Below are positions 1 through 10,291 of a stretch of DNA of 64,000 nucleotides, piece after piece. Location of the stretch: contig CAWGMK010000002.1 in assembly GCA_963823655.1 (NCBI GenBank), positions 32,001-96,000 on the forward strand. Reading direction: 5' to 3'. The notes below the pieces were generated by a model. The model searched no databases. It had not been told where the DNA came from and saw only the letters and a list, made by a program, of their open reading frames with translations. A program made the translations under genes and the position numbers. Position 1 is the stretch's first letter; each line of letters begins with the position of its first letter. Origin of the DNA: an uncultured Bacillota bacterium. Its GTDB lineage: Bacteria > Bacillota > DTU025 > MWDF01.

Positions 1-527
1 GCAGGCTCCGGTTCGTATGCTTGCCGGCGACCCACATCGCCCAGAAGGACAATGGGCGTTTCCAGACAAGCCTCAGCATGGTTTTAAGCGCATTGCGCCC
101 GAACATCATCCCGCCGTTTAGCATGTCCTCGAATGCGCCTGCTCCGGCTTCCACCCAATGGAAGTACCGCCTCAAGCCATCCTTCTCCGCCGGAAAAAGC
201 TCACCCAGTTCGCGCCCTGTCTGGCGCGGGTCTTGCAGCGGAATGTCGTGTTCTTCCCCAGCTGATCTGATGCCGAGCGCCGGCAAACTGCAGCCGAGTC
301 ATCAAGCCAAGCTCCTCCAGGATGGGGAAGATGATCCCATTCGATCCGAAAGAGGTCGGCCCTGCGGGAAAAATGAAGCCATGGCGCCCAAATGAAGACA
401 CATAACCGCCCGCAACTGTGTGCTGCTCGAAAACCTTCACTGAGAAGCCTGCCCGCGACAGGTATGCGGCAGCTGTCAGCCCCGCCATTCCGCCGCCGAT
501 GATCGCAATCGTCCTATGAGCCTTCAT
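1..527 (-). CDS. Phytoene desaturase-like / FAD-dependent oxidoreductase, N-terminal part; frameshifted near 230 and running off the window edge
   Basis: IAIIGGGMAGLTAAAYLSRAGFSVKVFEQH..GG Rossmann FAD motif; alternative frame continues to position 1. Confidence 0.7.
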
Positions 528-1414
528 GACCCCTCCTGGCTTGCCAATTGGCGCCTGGCGAGCAGGAAGGCGCCCGCAATCACGAATACTATGCCGAGTA
601 AGGCCAGTAGCAGCGACAAGGATGCGTCAAGGCGTCTGGGAGAACACGATGAAGTAAGCTGCGATCGGCAATATTTGCGACGGGACATGTTGCATGGGGA
701 TAAGCTTGGACACATCTCCCAGCCGGAGCGCGCCCTGCGTCTCAGAGATGCCAAGCAAGGCTCCCCGCGGCCACGATGCCTGAGGCAATCAGGATGTATA
801 GCAGGTCGAGGGCGGAGAATGCGCCGCTGCCCCATCTTGCAAGCAATGCCATAAGTATCCCCAGCCAAAGGTTCGATTGCGAATACAGCAGCCCTGCGTT
901 GAAGGTTTTAAGTATTCCCCTTATCCGCACGCTCCTCTTCTGGCCGAGATAGCAGGCAAGGGACAGCAATGCGACGGCGGCTGTGAAGATGGATAAGCGC
1001 TGTAGGAAGGCCGGCTCGTACAAGTCGATGGATCTCACATCCACTGACAGCCGGCTCAAGCCGAACGCGGTGACGGCGGCCATCACAAGGACTATGCCAA
1101 TGACCTCGCCCGATCTGCAGCCTTTCCCCGGCCAGCTTGGTTGCGCCGATGGCAAGCACTATCAACCCGATGGCCATCAGCCCCGGGAGGATGGTCGGGC
1201 CGATCTTTGCCTGGGCCAATATATTAAGCGGCACGCCGATGACAAACTGCACGGCGAACCCGGCAAGCCACAGCGGGCTGCGAAGAAGCTGGCGCATCAG
1301 GCCGGCATCGCTGTCGTTTTCCTTACCGCCAGTTTCTGAATCAGCAGGGCGAGGTTGAATGCCATTCCGGCGGCTATTGCGGCAACGACGCCGACCCAGA
1401 TAGGAACTGCTCAT
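524..1414 (-). CDS. DMT/EamA-like (NIPA-type) multi-pass membrane protein, split by several frameshifts
   Basis: ATG at 1414 after GGGAGG; hydrophobic segments in ORFs 908..2164 (tail), 742..1155 and 524..868 join into one protein (LLRSPLWLAG...LAGERL..GEVIGIVL). Confidence 0.55.
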
Positions 1415-1467
1415 AAGTGACCTCCCAACGGGAAGGCCCGGACTGCCGAACCTTCCCCTATCAGCGA

Positions 1468-2164
1468 TTAGCCCTGCCGAACCACCAGTTTGAGATTCAT
1501 CTATTCCCTTGAACAGCAGCCAGCCCAGGAAACCAAATTCGGCCAGCATGCCGGGTACAAGCAAAACTGCCTCTATTGTAGCGCTTGGTGCCAGAAAATG
1601 GACCACTACGGACAGCAGCCCGCCAAACGCTTCGACTAGGAACAGGAAACCGAATGCCTTGGGGATGAACTTCGAGCGCCAGATCAGAAGCCCCAGAGGC
1701 AGCACCCAGAGGGCGAAGAAAGCCTGCCCTATCATATAGCCGTGGTTGTAGGTGTCGAAGCTGAACATCGCCATTGACTGAAGCTGGGCCTCGGTGAAGG
1801 CACTAGGTTGCGCGCCCGCTCCAAGCAGGGAAAGCGGAACCAGCTCATTCAGGATGTTGGACATCAGCAGCAGGGATCCTGCTGCGGCGAAGAGAACCAT
1901 CAGCTGCGCCAGGTTCTTGTTCACCGAAACCAGGAGCCTGTAGAGCGCAAGGGCTGTAAACAGGTAGCACAGGGACATGAGTATGTCGCTTACGATCCCG
2001 GCGCGGTACAGAAGGCCGTTTGCCAGGATGTTGCTCGCAGTCTGAGCGGCGTCGTTTGCGACGAATATATTCTGGCGGAAGAACAGCTCAGCGAAGAGGC
2101 CGAAAACGACCATCAGGAGGAAGAACACGCCGGCGAGCCTTGCGATTTTCTTGCTGGGATTCAT
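1468..2164 (-). CDS. DUF4386 family membrane protein (copy 1)
   Basis: ARLAGVFFL...TASNILAN..LYRAGIVSD...ALALYRLL..VNKNLA...FFALWVLPLGLLIWRSKFIPK pattern; true stop probably TAA 1468-1470 after a 1-nt error. Confidence 0.75.
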
Positions 2165-2592
2165 TATATTGACCTTCTTTCATAGTTTACTTGATTGACG
2201 CTAGTTTGTTTATCCGTCCATTTCCACGCGGACCATATCATCAGCAGCATGGTGATGACCTCAACTGCGGCGAAGAAAATGTAGTGCAGCGTAAGCGACC
2301 CGCCGGCGATGACGAAAGCTATCGTAATTGTGCAAGCGACGATGTTGGCCAGGCGGTTAGCCCTGTGATTAAGCACTCTGGACAGGAAGATCATCGATAT
2401 CGGGATCTCGATCACGACGGCGAAAGCCAGCATCATTGCCTGAGTAACCTGGACAGGGGCGTCGCCTGCTGTGCCTGGCAGCATGAAAGAGAAGATGTCC
2501 GCAGCCAGCATGTTTATCATGATGAATATCCAAAGTGTCGAAAACCTGGCTTTCATCGTTTCCATTCCGATCGTTTCTTTGACCGGTTTCAT
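2164..2592 (-). CDS. DUF6326 family membrane protein
   Basis: LSTLWIFIMINMLAADIF...IEIPISMIFLSRVL..RANRLANI...HYIFFAAVE pattern. Confidence 0.7.
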   Translation of the reverse strand: MKPVKETIGMETMKARFSTLWIFIMINMLAADIFSFMLPGTAGDAPVQVTQAMMLAFAVVIEIPISMIFLSRVLNHRANRLANIVACTITIAFVIAGGSLTLHYIFFAAVEVITMLLMIWSAWKWTDKQTSVNQVNYERRSI

Positions 2593-2661
2593 TTTTATTA
2601 TTCCTCCTACATTTAGAACCTATATGAGTCTTATAAGCCCTGCTATATATCCCTGTCGCCT

Positions 2662-2697
2662 CGGCTCATCCGGAGCTATTCAATGCTCCGGATGGGC
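2662..2697. terminator. Stem-loop GGCTCATCCGGAGC/GCTCCGGATGGGCC
   Basis: 14-bp inverted repeat in the spacer downstream of DUF4386 copy 2. Confidence 0.5.
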
Positions 2698-2778
2698 CCT
2701 GCGATCTCGCACTTTACCAGGACATAGGGAAAATCCCTCTGTCTACGCATATAGAATTCGATTATTCTTAGGTGTTTG

Positions 2779-3486
2779 TTATGCCTTAGCGCCCTGCTGA
2801 GCACTAATCGCCCGCGGGTCAAATCCCTTCGCGATCAGCCACACAGCGAGGACCATCTCCTGCAAGAAGCATAGGCAAGTAAAGCAGGCATTCCGTGCTC
2901 GAACCGCTTTCGATGAGTCCGAACAGGACCAACATGCCTGATAGGAAGTAGGGAAGGGTAGATGCAAGGCCCCATGCTGAGATCCATCTGGGGACAAGCT
3001 TCGAGCGATACAGCACCGTATAGAACATAAGCGCCCCGAGGATGAAGAAGATCATCGTTATGCGCTCCCCCGGCCATTCGGGTCTGTCAAAGCCTTGCTT
3101 ATTGCACTGAGCGCCGATATGTCAGCGCCGGTTAGAACTGCCGCGCGGCCCAGGGCTGCCGAGATCAGCCAGCAGAAAGCGGTGATGATATAGGTGGTGG
3201 TTTCCAATGCTCCCCTGAAGACCACATAACCTGTTGCCAGCGTCTGGTTCTGCTTTCTTAGTACGGGGTAGAGCAGCACCGACATCAAAGACAGCGCTAT
3301 TCCCATCGTCAATATCAGCATCGCGCCGATTATGACCGGGGTCGCGTTTCCCGCCACCTTCGTTAGGTAATCGGGGTCATTCAGATAAGGAGTGGCGATT
3401 ACGGAGCAGCAGCCCGCCACTGTGCCTATGATGTACAGCAGCCCGATCTTGGCCGCCGTCCGGCGCAAGGTTTTTGCTTCAGTCAT
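2779..3486 (-). CDS. DUF4386 family membrane protein (copy 2), two frameshifts
   Basis: ORFs 3058..3486, 2819..3055 and the end of 2779..2997 join: LLYPVLRKQNQTLATGYVVFRGALE...LYRSKLVPRWISAWG...QEMVLAVWLIAKGF. Confidence 0.7.
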
Positions 3487-3509
3487 TTCCTTGCTTGTCT
3501 GTCAAAGTC

Positions 3510-3743
3510 TCATTCATTTCTTTCTCCTTCTTTCTCATAACTGAATACTTCGCCTATTGTCACCCCGAAAGCTTCGGCAATTTTAAATGCCAACTCCAAC
3601 GAGGGTGAATACTTGCCTGCCTCTATGGCGATTATGGTCTGCCTGGAAGCCCCGGCCTTCTCCGCGAGCTCCTGCTGCGTCATTTCATTGGCGAAGAAGC
3701 GCAGCCTTCTGATATTGTTCTTTATCTCGAAACCCTTGGCCAT
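3510..3743 (-). CDS. XRE/Cro-family HTH transcriptional regulator
   Basis: [43 protein letters not shown]. Confidence 0.9.
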   Translation of the reverse strand: MAKGFEIKNNIRRLRFFANEMTQQELAEKAGASRQTIIAIEAGKYSPSLELAFKIAEAFGVTIGEVFSYEKEGERNE

Positions 3744-3800
3744 TTCCAGCACTCCTTTGATAAACAGTCTGTAACTTAAATGCTTGATGCTAAGGCTGTG

Positions 3801-4298
3801 TTAAATCCCCTTCCTGTAGTAGTGGATCTGTACACAAGCCTCAATTATCGAGCCGATGACGAATGAGCCGAACAGGATGTTCAACATCACAGCAAGCGGC
3901 CATTCCAGCACCAGGGAGACCAGCGCCGCGACAAACCCGATGCCCACGATGGCGTAGCCTATCTTCGTGGCTTTGAGCTCGATCAGCTTGTCCATTTCGT
4001 CCTCAACCATTTCCATCTCAATGGATTTTTCGACTTTCTTGTCATCGCACGTTCCGGTTTTGATCTGTTCGCTGATTGCCGCCCCGATGGAGAGCAGGAT
4101 GTGGAAAACTATCTGGATGACGATCATGGCGACTATTCCGATTCCGATGACTTGCAATATCGTCGTTGCCCAGAACTTCGTGTCATCCAGGGTAGCGGCA
4201 CCGGAGTTCACCTTGCCGAATGCATAGATGCCGTATGCAATCAGCAGCACTGCGCCTGTTATCAAAGCAATTATCACTCTCTTGATCTTATAAGACAT
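3801..4298 (-). CDS. Hypothetical membrane protein with DE(M/R)DKLIELKA motif, typical partner of XRE regulators
   Basis: Four hydrophobic segments; EDEMDKLIELKA; upstream TGTAAA..TGTCAAGTATATTTTACA operator-like repeat. Confidence 0.65.
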   Translation of the reverse strand: MSYKIKRVIIALITGAVLLIAYGIYAFGKVNSGAATLDDTKFWATTILQVIGIGIVAMIVIQIVFHILLSIGAAISEQIKTGTCDDKKVEKSIEMEMVEDEMDKLIELKATKIGYAIVGIGFVAALVSLVLEWPLAVMLNILFGSFVIGSIIEACVQIHYYRKGI

Positions 4299-4496
4299 GT
4301 CAGTACACTTCCTTTTGATAGTATGGTCCGCAATTCAATTTGTAAAGCATTCTAATCTATATGTCAAGTATATTTTACATTGATTTCGAGAAATTTCTTT
4401 CGTACCTGCTAAATACATGTAATTGTAGAGATGGCTTAAATGCTGTTGCGCTGGCAGGCGCGGATCAAACGGCGTCTTTGAATCAAAAAGAGCCGA

Positions 4497-4997
4497 TCAG
4501 CAATTGACCGGCCCTTGTCGTTTCGTCAGTTCAGAATAGACCTTACAGCCTTCTATATAGAAGCCGACGGCAATTCCAAGTAAGAGGAACCTTGCTGCAT
4601 TGAACGCAACGCCGATAAGGAAGAAATATAAGGCATTGCCCGGCGCATGCAAAAGCATAGGGACGTCGATCAGGATAATGGCAATTACCAGGGCGATTGA
4701 GCTTAGGACAACGGATTTGAGGATCGGGCCATTTGCAGGGATCCTCGGAAAGAAACGGAGCAGGAAATAGCTTACGAAGCATCCGATTATTAGCCCGGCA
4801 ATCAAGGAGCTGAACCAAACCGTCTGAATGCTCCAATCTGAAAACGCTGCCCTGTACTTCGCCGCGATGGGGAGCAGGGAAGTTGCAAGCGTTGTCACCC
4901 AGAATGCCGCTCCTCCCGCAAGGGCCAATTTGCAAAGCTTCATAAGAAACTCGAATGGTTTCTGTTGTGTGCTCAGACTTATTGCCAAGGTTTTCAT
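4497..4997 (-). CDS. Hypothetical membrane protein
   Basis: AAGGAG RBS before ATG 4997; four hydrophobic segments. Confidence 0.55.
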   Translation of the reverse strand: MKTLAISLSTQQKPFEFLMKLCKLALAGGAAFWVTTLATSLLPIAAKYRAAFSDWSIQTVWFSSLIAGLIIGCFVSYFLLRFFPRIPANGPILKSVVLSSIALVIAIILIDVPMLLHAPGNALYFFLIGVAFNAARFLLLGIAVGFYIEGCKVYSELTKRQGPVNC

Positions 4998-5045
4998 TTG
5001 ATCTCCTTCGCCCATTCGATTTGAATGAGACTATCGTTACTGGCG

Positions 5046-5742
5046 CTACGAAAGCATCGAGGCGGGCTCCTGGTCTTTTACCTTCTTTATAATCAACCAG
5101 AGGCTAAGCGAAAACTCCGCCAGAAAGCTGATTGCCAGTCCCGGGATATGTGATTATGTCTAAGCCCGGCAAGAGGAAGAACTGGAAGAACCATATCATC
5201 ACGCTAACAAAGTCGGCCATCAGCAGCATACCGAGCCATTTCGGAAGGAAGCCCGACTTGTACACCAGATACCCAAGCGGCAAGAGCCATGTGCCGAAGA
5301 AAATCTGAGCTATGATGAAGCCGCTCTTATGAAGGTTTAGAAACAGCAGATTCAGGGCATTAAGCTGATCGGGCTGGAAAGCCTTCTGGAAATCCGCACT
5401 GGCATTGATCAGCATGGGGGCGTACAGGAGCAGCAGACTGACGCACTGCACTGCAACGCCTGCTGCATTGAGCAGGAGAAACAGCAGGGCTAGGTTCTTT
5501 TGAACCGGCTTCAGCAGGACGTAGAGGGCCCATGCAGCCAGCAGGAATAGGACTGCAGAGACCAGATCGTCGACAAAGCTGATGCGTAAAAGCCCCATCG
5601 AGTTCTTAAGGAGCTCGGCCGTTTTCGTGGCATCCCCAAGCACAATAAGCTTGGATCGGACAACGCCTGCGAAGATGGATGTAATCATGAATGCAAGGTA
5701 TAATAACCCGGCCCTACTTGCGTCTTTTCTACTTGATGTCAT
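5046..5742 (-). CDS. DUF4386 family membrane protein (copy 3), C-terminal frameshifts
   Basis: AWALYVLLKPVQKNLALL...IAQIFFGTWLLPLGYLVYKSGFLPKWLG; continues out of frame as AEFSLSLWLII. Confidence 0.75.
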
Positions 5743-5780
5743 AGTCGTACCTCCAAAACTTGTCTTCTGACCTTCGATAT

Positions 5781-5840
5781 ATTATACTGTACGGTGTAGT
5801 TTACCCTATGTCAATATTAAATTACACTTTGCGGTGTAAT
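5781..5840. promoter_or_regulatory. Two TetR-type operators (ATTAYAC-N6-GTGTART) in a divergent promoter
   Basis: ATTATAC-TGTACG-GTGTAGT 5781-5800 and ATTACAC-TTTGCG-GTGTAAT 5821-5840 flank a minus-strand TTGACA (5809-5814). Confidence 0.7.
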
Positions 5841-5857
5841 ATTTATGGGGGCTCAAT

Positions 5858-6481
5858 ATGGAGGAAGCGAAAAAGGCAAGAAAGAAGAGGGATACCAGCC
5901 AGAAGCGCCAATCGATCCTGGAAGGCGCCGTAAAGGTATTTACGAAATATGGGTATGAAGCATCCAGCATGGATCACATCGCAGAAGTAGCAGGAGTATC
6001 GAAACGCACGGTTTACAACCATTTTCCAAGCAAGGAGATATTGTTTCAGGCGATAGTTGCGGATTTCCTGAAGCAGCGCGATGAAATTAAACCTATTAGA
6101 TATGCATCGGCATTGCCCCTTGAAGAGCAGTTGAAGGAGTTTGCGAAAGCCGAGCTTTTCCTGATCGATGACCCTGTACGAAGGGGCCTATCAAAGCTGT
6201 TCACCTCGGTTTTCTTAATGAATATCGATTTCGGCAGGAAAACCAGAGGCCAATATGAGCCTCACAAGGAGTTTATAATCTGGCTTAATTCTGCAAAGGA
6301 AGATCAGAAGCTTAGTTTTCAATCTCCGGTGCTTGCCGCCCGGTTATTTTATGGCATGGTGGAAGGTTGCCTTACATATCCGGCATTATTCACAAATGGC
6401 GAAAGCCTTAAGCACATCGATGATTTGCTGGATGAGCTGATTGCCGCATTTTTGGCCTTCTATAGATACTCCGAAAGTTAA
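5858..6481 (+). CDS. TetR/AcrR family transcriptional regulator
   Basis: ILEGAVKVFTKYGYEASSMDHIAEVAGVSKRTVYNHFPSKEILF HTH. Confidence 0.92.
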   Translation: MEEAKKARKKRDTSQKRQSILEGAVKVFTKYGYEASSMDHIAEVAGVSKRTVYNHFPSKEILFQAIVADFLKQRDEIKPIRYASALPLEEQLKEFAKAELFLIDDPVRRGLSKLFTSVFLMNIDFGRKTRGQYEPHKEFIIWLNSAKEDQKLSFQSPVLAARLFYGMVEGCLTYPALFTNGESLKHIDDLLDELIAAFLAFYRYSES

Positions 6482-6559
6482 ATCGGCCGATAAGTTGGCA
6501 CATACATAAGCGTAAAAGTGGAGTACAAAAGAACGATTATCTAATTCGCATCAGTAGAA

Positions 6560-6600
6560 ATTAAGGCGAGCGGAGATGAAAAGTCTCCGCTCACCTTAAT
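6560..6600. terminator. Stem-loop between convergent genes
   Basis: ATTAAGGCGAGCGGAGA / TCTCCGCTCACCTTAAT inverted repeat with one mismatch. Confidence 0.65.
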
Positions 6601-6615
6601 CCAGAGGGCCATTTA

Positions 6616-6673
6616 TGAGCCCGGTATTGATCGAACTTACGACCCACTGACTGAAAATCAGTTGCTCTGCCAA
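6616..6673 (-). pseudogene. Degenerate, 5'-truncated tRNA fragment (Lys-like body)
   Basis: Minus strand TTGGCAGAGCA-ACTGA-TTTTCAG-TCAGT-GGGTC-GTAAG-TTCGATC-AATAC-CGGGCTCA: D-arm half, anticodon stem, TTCGA T-loop; 5' acceptor strand absent, T-stem mismatched. Confidence 0.6.
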
Positions 6674-6738
6674 GTCATTAAATTACGACATTCTGCCCTT
6701 GCCTTAGCGGCCTAAGCATTCCTTCAGCATGGCCTTGT

Positions 6739-6948
6739 TTATTGCTCGCTCTTGTACTCCAATATGTCACCGGGCTGGCAGGCCAAGGCCTTGCATATAG
6801 CCTCCAATGTGGAGAAGCGGACGGCCTTCGCCTTGCCGTTCTTCAGAATGGAGAGGTTGGCCATGGTAATTCCGACTTTTTCGGTGAGCTCCGTCACGCT
6901 CATCTTCCTTTTCGCCAGCATCACATCTATATTGACTACTATTGCCAA
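6739..6948 (-). CDS. YozG-like Cro/C1 HTH regulator
   Basis: IVVNIDVMLAKRKMSVTELTEKVGITMANLSILKNGKAKAVRFSTLEAICKALACQPGDILEY. Confidence 0.9.
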   Translation of the reverse strand: MAIVVNIDVMLAKRKMSVTELTEKVGITMANLSILKNGKAKAVRFSTLEAICKALACQPGDILEYKSEQ

Positions 6949-6958
6949 AATGCTCACC

Positions 6959-7438
6959 TCATACCGTCAAGTCGATTTCTGACTTCATGTCAATCGCGTC
7001 TTTCAAAAGCTTCTGCAACAGGGCTGCGAACACCCCTACTACGAACGAGGCGAATACGAATACTCCGCCTATTAATATCAGCCCGGGAGCATCGTCCAGC
7101 TCAGCCATGAAGTAGTAGAAGGGCATGCTTGCTGTACAAAGGAAACAGATTGCCAGCGCGCAGTACTTGATGTCCTTCAATGCATTCACGGAAAGGTCCG
7201 AAAAAGCATTGTTGCCCTCTATGTAGCCTAGAAGCTTCAGAGCCTGGTACAACGCATAGAAGAAGGGGAAAGCGGATAGGTAGAAGCCCGCAATTATCGA
7301 ATAGACATAAGGGACGAATGGCGGGTAAGTCGATGCTTCTTTCGCTATCGCAGGCAGGCCGAAAATGCACATCGCAAGCACTACGGCCCCTATGACGAAC
7401 ACGGACAATTTCAGCAGGAGCGTGGTCACTCTGTTCAT
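6959..7438 (-). CDS. DUF2975 (YoaS-like) membrane protein
   Basis: FFYALYQALKLLGYI..NNAFSDLSVNALKDIKYCA...DDAPG...LQKLLKDAIDMKSEIDLTV; canonical partner of YozG. Confidence 0.88.
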   Translation of the reverse strand: MNRVTTLLLKLSVFVIGAVVLAMCIFGLPAIAKEASTYPPFVPYVYSIIAGFYLSAFPFFYALYQALKLLGYIEGNNAFSDLSVNALKDIKYCALAICFLCTASMPFYYFMAELDDAPGLILIGGVFVFASFVVGVFAALLQKLLKDAIDMKSEIDLTV

Positions 7439-7722
7439 TGGATGCACCTCACAAAAGTTATCATGTAGAATTTAACATGAAATCTATCGATTATCAATAA
7501 ATATATATCATTAAATGGCAAGTGCGCTCAAGGACGCGCGCACACCTTCGAACGCCGCCTTCGAATTCCCGCGAATAGAGCTCAATGCAAAAAGCGCCGT
7601 AAAACTCGCGTTTATGTATTATTTGATCTACGCAGCATGCCCTTTCCTTTACTTTTCGCCCCTTTTTGAATATCATTCTTTTGTCTGGCAATGAATGAAA
7701 AGGAAACGAAGGGAGCCCGAAG

Positions 7723-8889
7723 ATGCAGCTATCTTCCATCCTGGCTTGGCTTATGAATTACGGGGCGCCGATATTCCTTCTGTTCGAAGGATCGATACTC
7801 CTGATGGCAATCTCAAACGTAATCCTGATGCCGAAGCTTAGAAAATCCAAGAAGCGCAGGGATGTGAGGATATCCCTTCTTGTGCCGGCCCGCAATGAGG
7901 AGAACAACATCGAAAGGTGCGTACGCGGGCTTTTAAACCAGGATTATCCGAACTTCGAGGTAATAGTCCTCAATGACAATTCAACCGACTCCACCGGCAA
8001 AATATTGGCGAAGCTGGCGGCTGAGGATTCAAGGCTTAAAGTCATCAACGGCAAACCGCTTCCCGACGGCTGGCTCGGCATGTGCTGGGCATGCGATCAG
8101 CTCGCAAAGGCCTCTAACGGGGAATATATAATGTTCTTCGATGCCGACACCTGGACTGAGCCCATTTGCGCGGGCGCAACGCTCGACGTTTTCGAGAACA
8201 TGAAAGCCGACATGGTATCCGGCATCGCGCGCCACCACTTCGGCGGCTTGGCAGAGACCATGGCGGTCTCCCTGGCCCCCTGGGGAATGCTCAGCGTCTT
8301 CCCGGTCGCCCTCATGCACTATCTGAAGCTCGGCTTTCCGTCGATTGCCGCCGGCATGTACATGACATTCAGGCGCGAGAAGTACTTCGAAATAGGCGGC
8401 CACGAGGCCGTAAAGATGGATGCAGTCCTGGACAAGTCCCTTGCCCGCATGATGAAGAGGAAGGGTATGAAGATCATCTGCGTCGACGCCACCGAGGCGG
8501 TCCACTGCAGGATGTACCACAGCATGAAGGATGCCTTCCTGGGCTTCGCCAAGAACATATTCGCGACGTTCGACTTCGGGGTTCTTAGGTGCGTCTCGAT
8601 CTTCCTGATCATGCTTGTCTCATTCCTGACCCCGGTAGTGTACTTGATAGCCTTCGGTATGAGCGATCCTGCGCTTGCTACTAAAGCCCTCATATTGGTC
8701 GGCATGTCGCTTGTGCTCTGGTCCATTACGCATATAAAGACCAAGATACCCATGTATATCGTGCCGCTGTATCCTATATCGTTTACGATCTGGTTTCTTA
8801 TGACGATGACTTCGGTGGTCCATGCCATATTCGGCCTGTCCACATGGAAGGGCAGGAAGATGCCCAGGCCCAAGGTCAGCATATTCTAA
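7723..8889 (+). CDS. Family 2 glycosyltransferase, CrtQ/carotenoid- or hopanoid-GT-like
   Basis: LVPARNEE, VLNDNSTDST, LPDGWLG..WACDQL, FFDAD, IGGHEAV, CRMY, C-terminal TMs ending WKGR. Confidence 0.8.
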   Translation: MQLSSILAWLMNYGAPIFLLFEGSILLMAISNVILMPKLRKSKKRRDVRISLLVPARNEENNIERCVRGLLNQDYPNFEVIVLNDNSTDSTGKILAKLAAEDSRLKVINGKPLPDGWLGMCWACDQLAKASNGEYIMFFDADTWTEPICAGATLDVFENMKADMVSGIARHHFGGLAETMAVSLAPWGMLSVFPVALMHYLKLGFPSIAAGMYMTFRREKYFEIGGHEAVKMDAVLDKSLARMMKRKGMKIICVDATEAVHCRMYHSMKDAFLGFAKNIFATFDFGVLRCVSIFLIMLVSFLTPVVYLIAFGMSDPALATKALILVGMSLVLWSITHIKTKIPMYIVPLYPISFTIWFLMTMTSVVHAIFGLSTWKGRKMPRPKVSIF

Positions 8890-8912
8890 CCAGAGAGCAT
8901 AAGGCTTCGATA

Positions 8913-8956
8913 GAAATGGCCCCTGCGGACGCCTCAAACATCCGCAGGGGCTTTTC
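8913..8956. terminator. Bidirectional terminator
   Basis: GCCCCTGCGGA / TCCGCAGGGGC followed by TTTT. Confidence 0.7.
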
Positions 8957-9047
8957 ACATGCTCGCTTATTCCTCGCCTTTGAATCTAATCCGCACGGCT
9001 TTGCACGCACTATAATCCCAATGGCACCTCAGCCCTCCGTTTGGGTA

Positions 9048-10290
9048 CTATAAGGCCGGCATGCTCTGCTTGAGGTGGTCCATCTTAGTGGAATCCTTGC
9101 CCAGCTTCTTGGACAGAAGGACCCAATAGTACTCTATGCTGTATTTGAAGCCCGACTTCTTCCAGAAGTGCAGGATGATCAGCCATAGCAGCACATTCAG
9201 CCCGCCGAAGAGAAGGCAGCCGTTTATCGTCTGGTTCCACGACGGAATGAGCTGGAGCAGTATCATCCTCAAAATTTCGGACAGCGTTGTCTCTAGCGTA
9301 TAGATCGTAAGGCTTATCCTGCTGAAGTCCCTCACAAAGCCCAGGGCGTTAACGGCTTTCGTCCTCTTTTCCAAAAACAACACCGCAAACAGGAACATCA
9401 GGATGAAGATCCCAAGCTCGAAGTTGGTCTTGAAGTACCAGAAGTAGTCGGGCTTCGATATCGTCTTCTCGAACTGCATGACGCCGTAAATTCCATATGC
9501 AATGAAGAAGACTCCCAGGGGGATTCCCACTGCCCTGAGCAGTTTGTCCCTGCGGTTGTAGATCATCATGCCCAGCATAATCCCAAGTATCCCGTACGCG
9601 AGGTATGGGATCAGAGGATAAGGGTTTGCGATCGTAAAGCTGTAGAAAAGGGATAGCAGATGCTGCCCATTCTCGAGCGCTTGGGTGAAGTATGGATAGA
9701 TGCTAACCCTTACGAATGAGAGGATCATGATTAGCGTGCCCGAAACTCCCTAGGATCAGGTAATTCCTCTTCTCCTTAGAAATCCCGCCATTTCTTAAAA
9801 GCAGGTAAAGCACCAATGTGAGCACCATCAAGTTGATGGAGATCGCCGATAATGACGAGCCCTCAAAGAACAAGGAAGCTTTGGGCAAAACGAGCTGCAT
9901 GCTGCGCAATGAGCCTGCAACTAGGGTCATGTCGGGCTGGTTGTTCACGAAATCGTTGGCCCACCTTCCAAGAGCGAGGTTCAGTATATAGTGGAAGGCT
10001 ACATAGGCTAGCCCTGCGTAGATGGGGAACAGGAAGGTTTTCGGGCTGAACTCCCCCTTGTTGCGCCTCAGAAGCATCATCGTGTTCACGATAGTCGAAT
10101 ACATCACGAATATGCCGCCCCAAAGGGCCATGAAGCTCAACAGGATGATGAGCAGCGGAGGGTCGCTGAAGTCTATCTTGTGGATGTTGGCATAGTTGAA
10201 AATCGATGTATGGAAGAACAATATGAACATCACTGCGGCTCCGCGCAACACATCAAGGGATCCCAACCTTCTGCTTTCCATTTTCATCAC
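9048..10290 (-). CDS. Multi-pass membrane protein, HGSNAT/DUF418 acyltransferase-like; frameshift near 9730
   Basis: N-terminal RRLGSLDVLRGAAV; YPLIPYLAYG; SLTIY motif; ORFs 9703..10290 and 9048..9728. Confidence 0.6.
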
Positions 10291-10291
10291 C

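Noticed and set aside
908-2164. Apparent 418-aa DUF4386-DMT fusion
   Set aside because: An internal RBS and ATG at 1414, a near-frame TAA at 1468 and an intervening hairpin indicate two genes joined by indel errors
6646-6662. tRNA-Phe(GAA) on the plus strand
   Set aside because: Only the anticodon arm fits; the D- and T-arm motifs are on the minus strand
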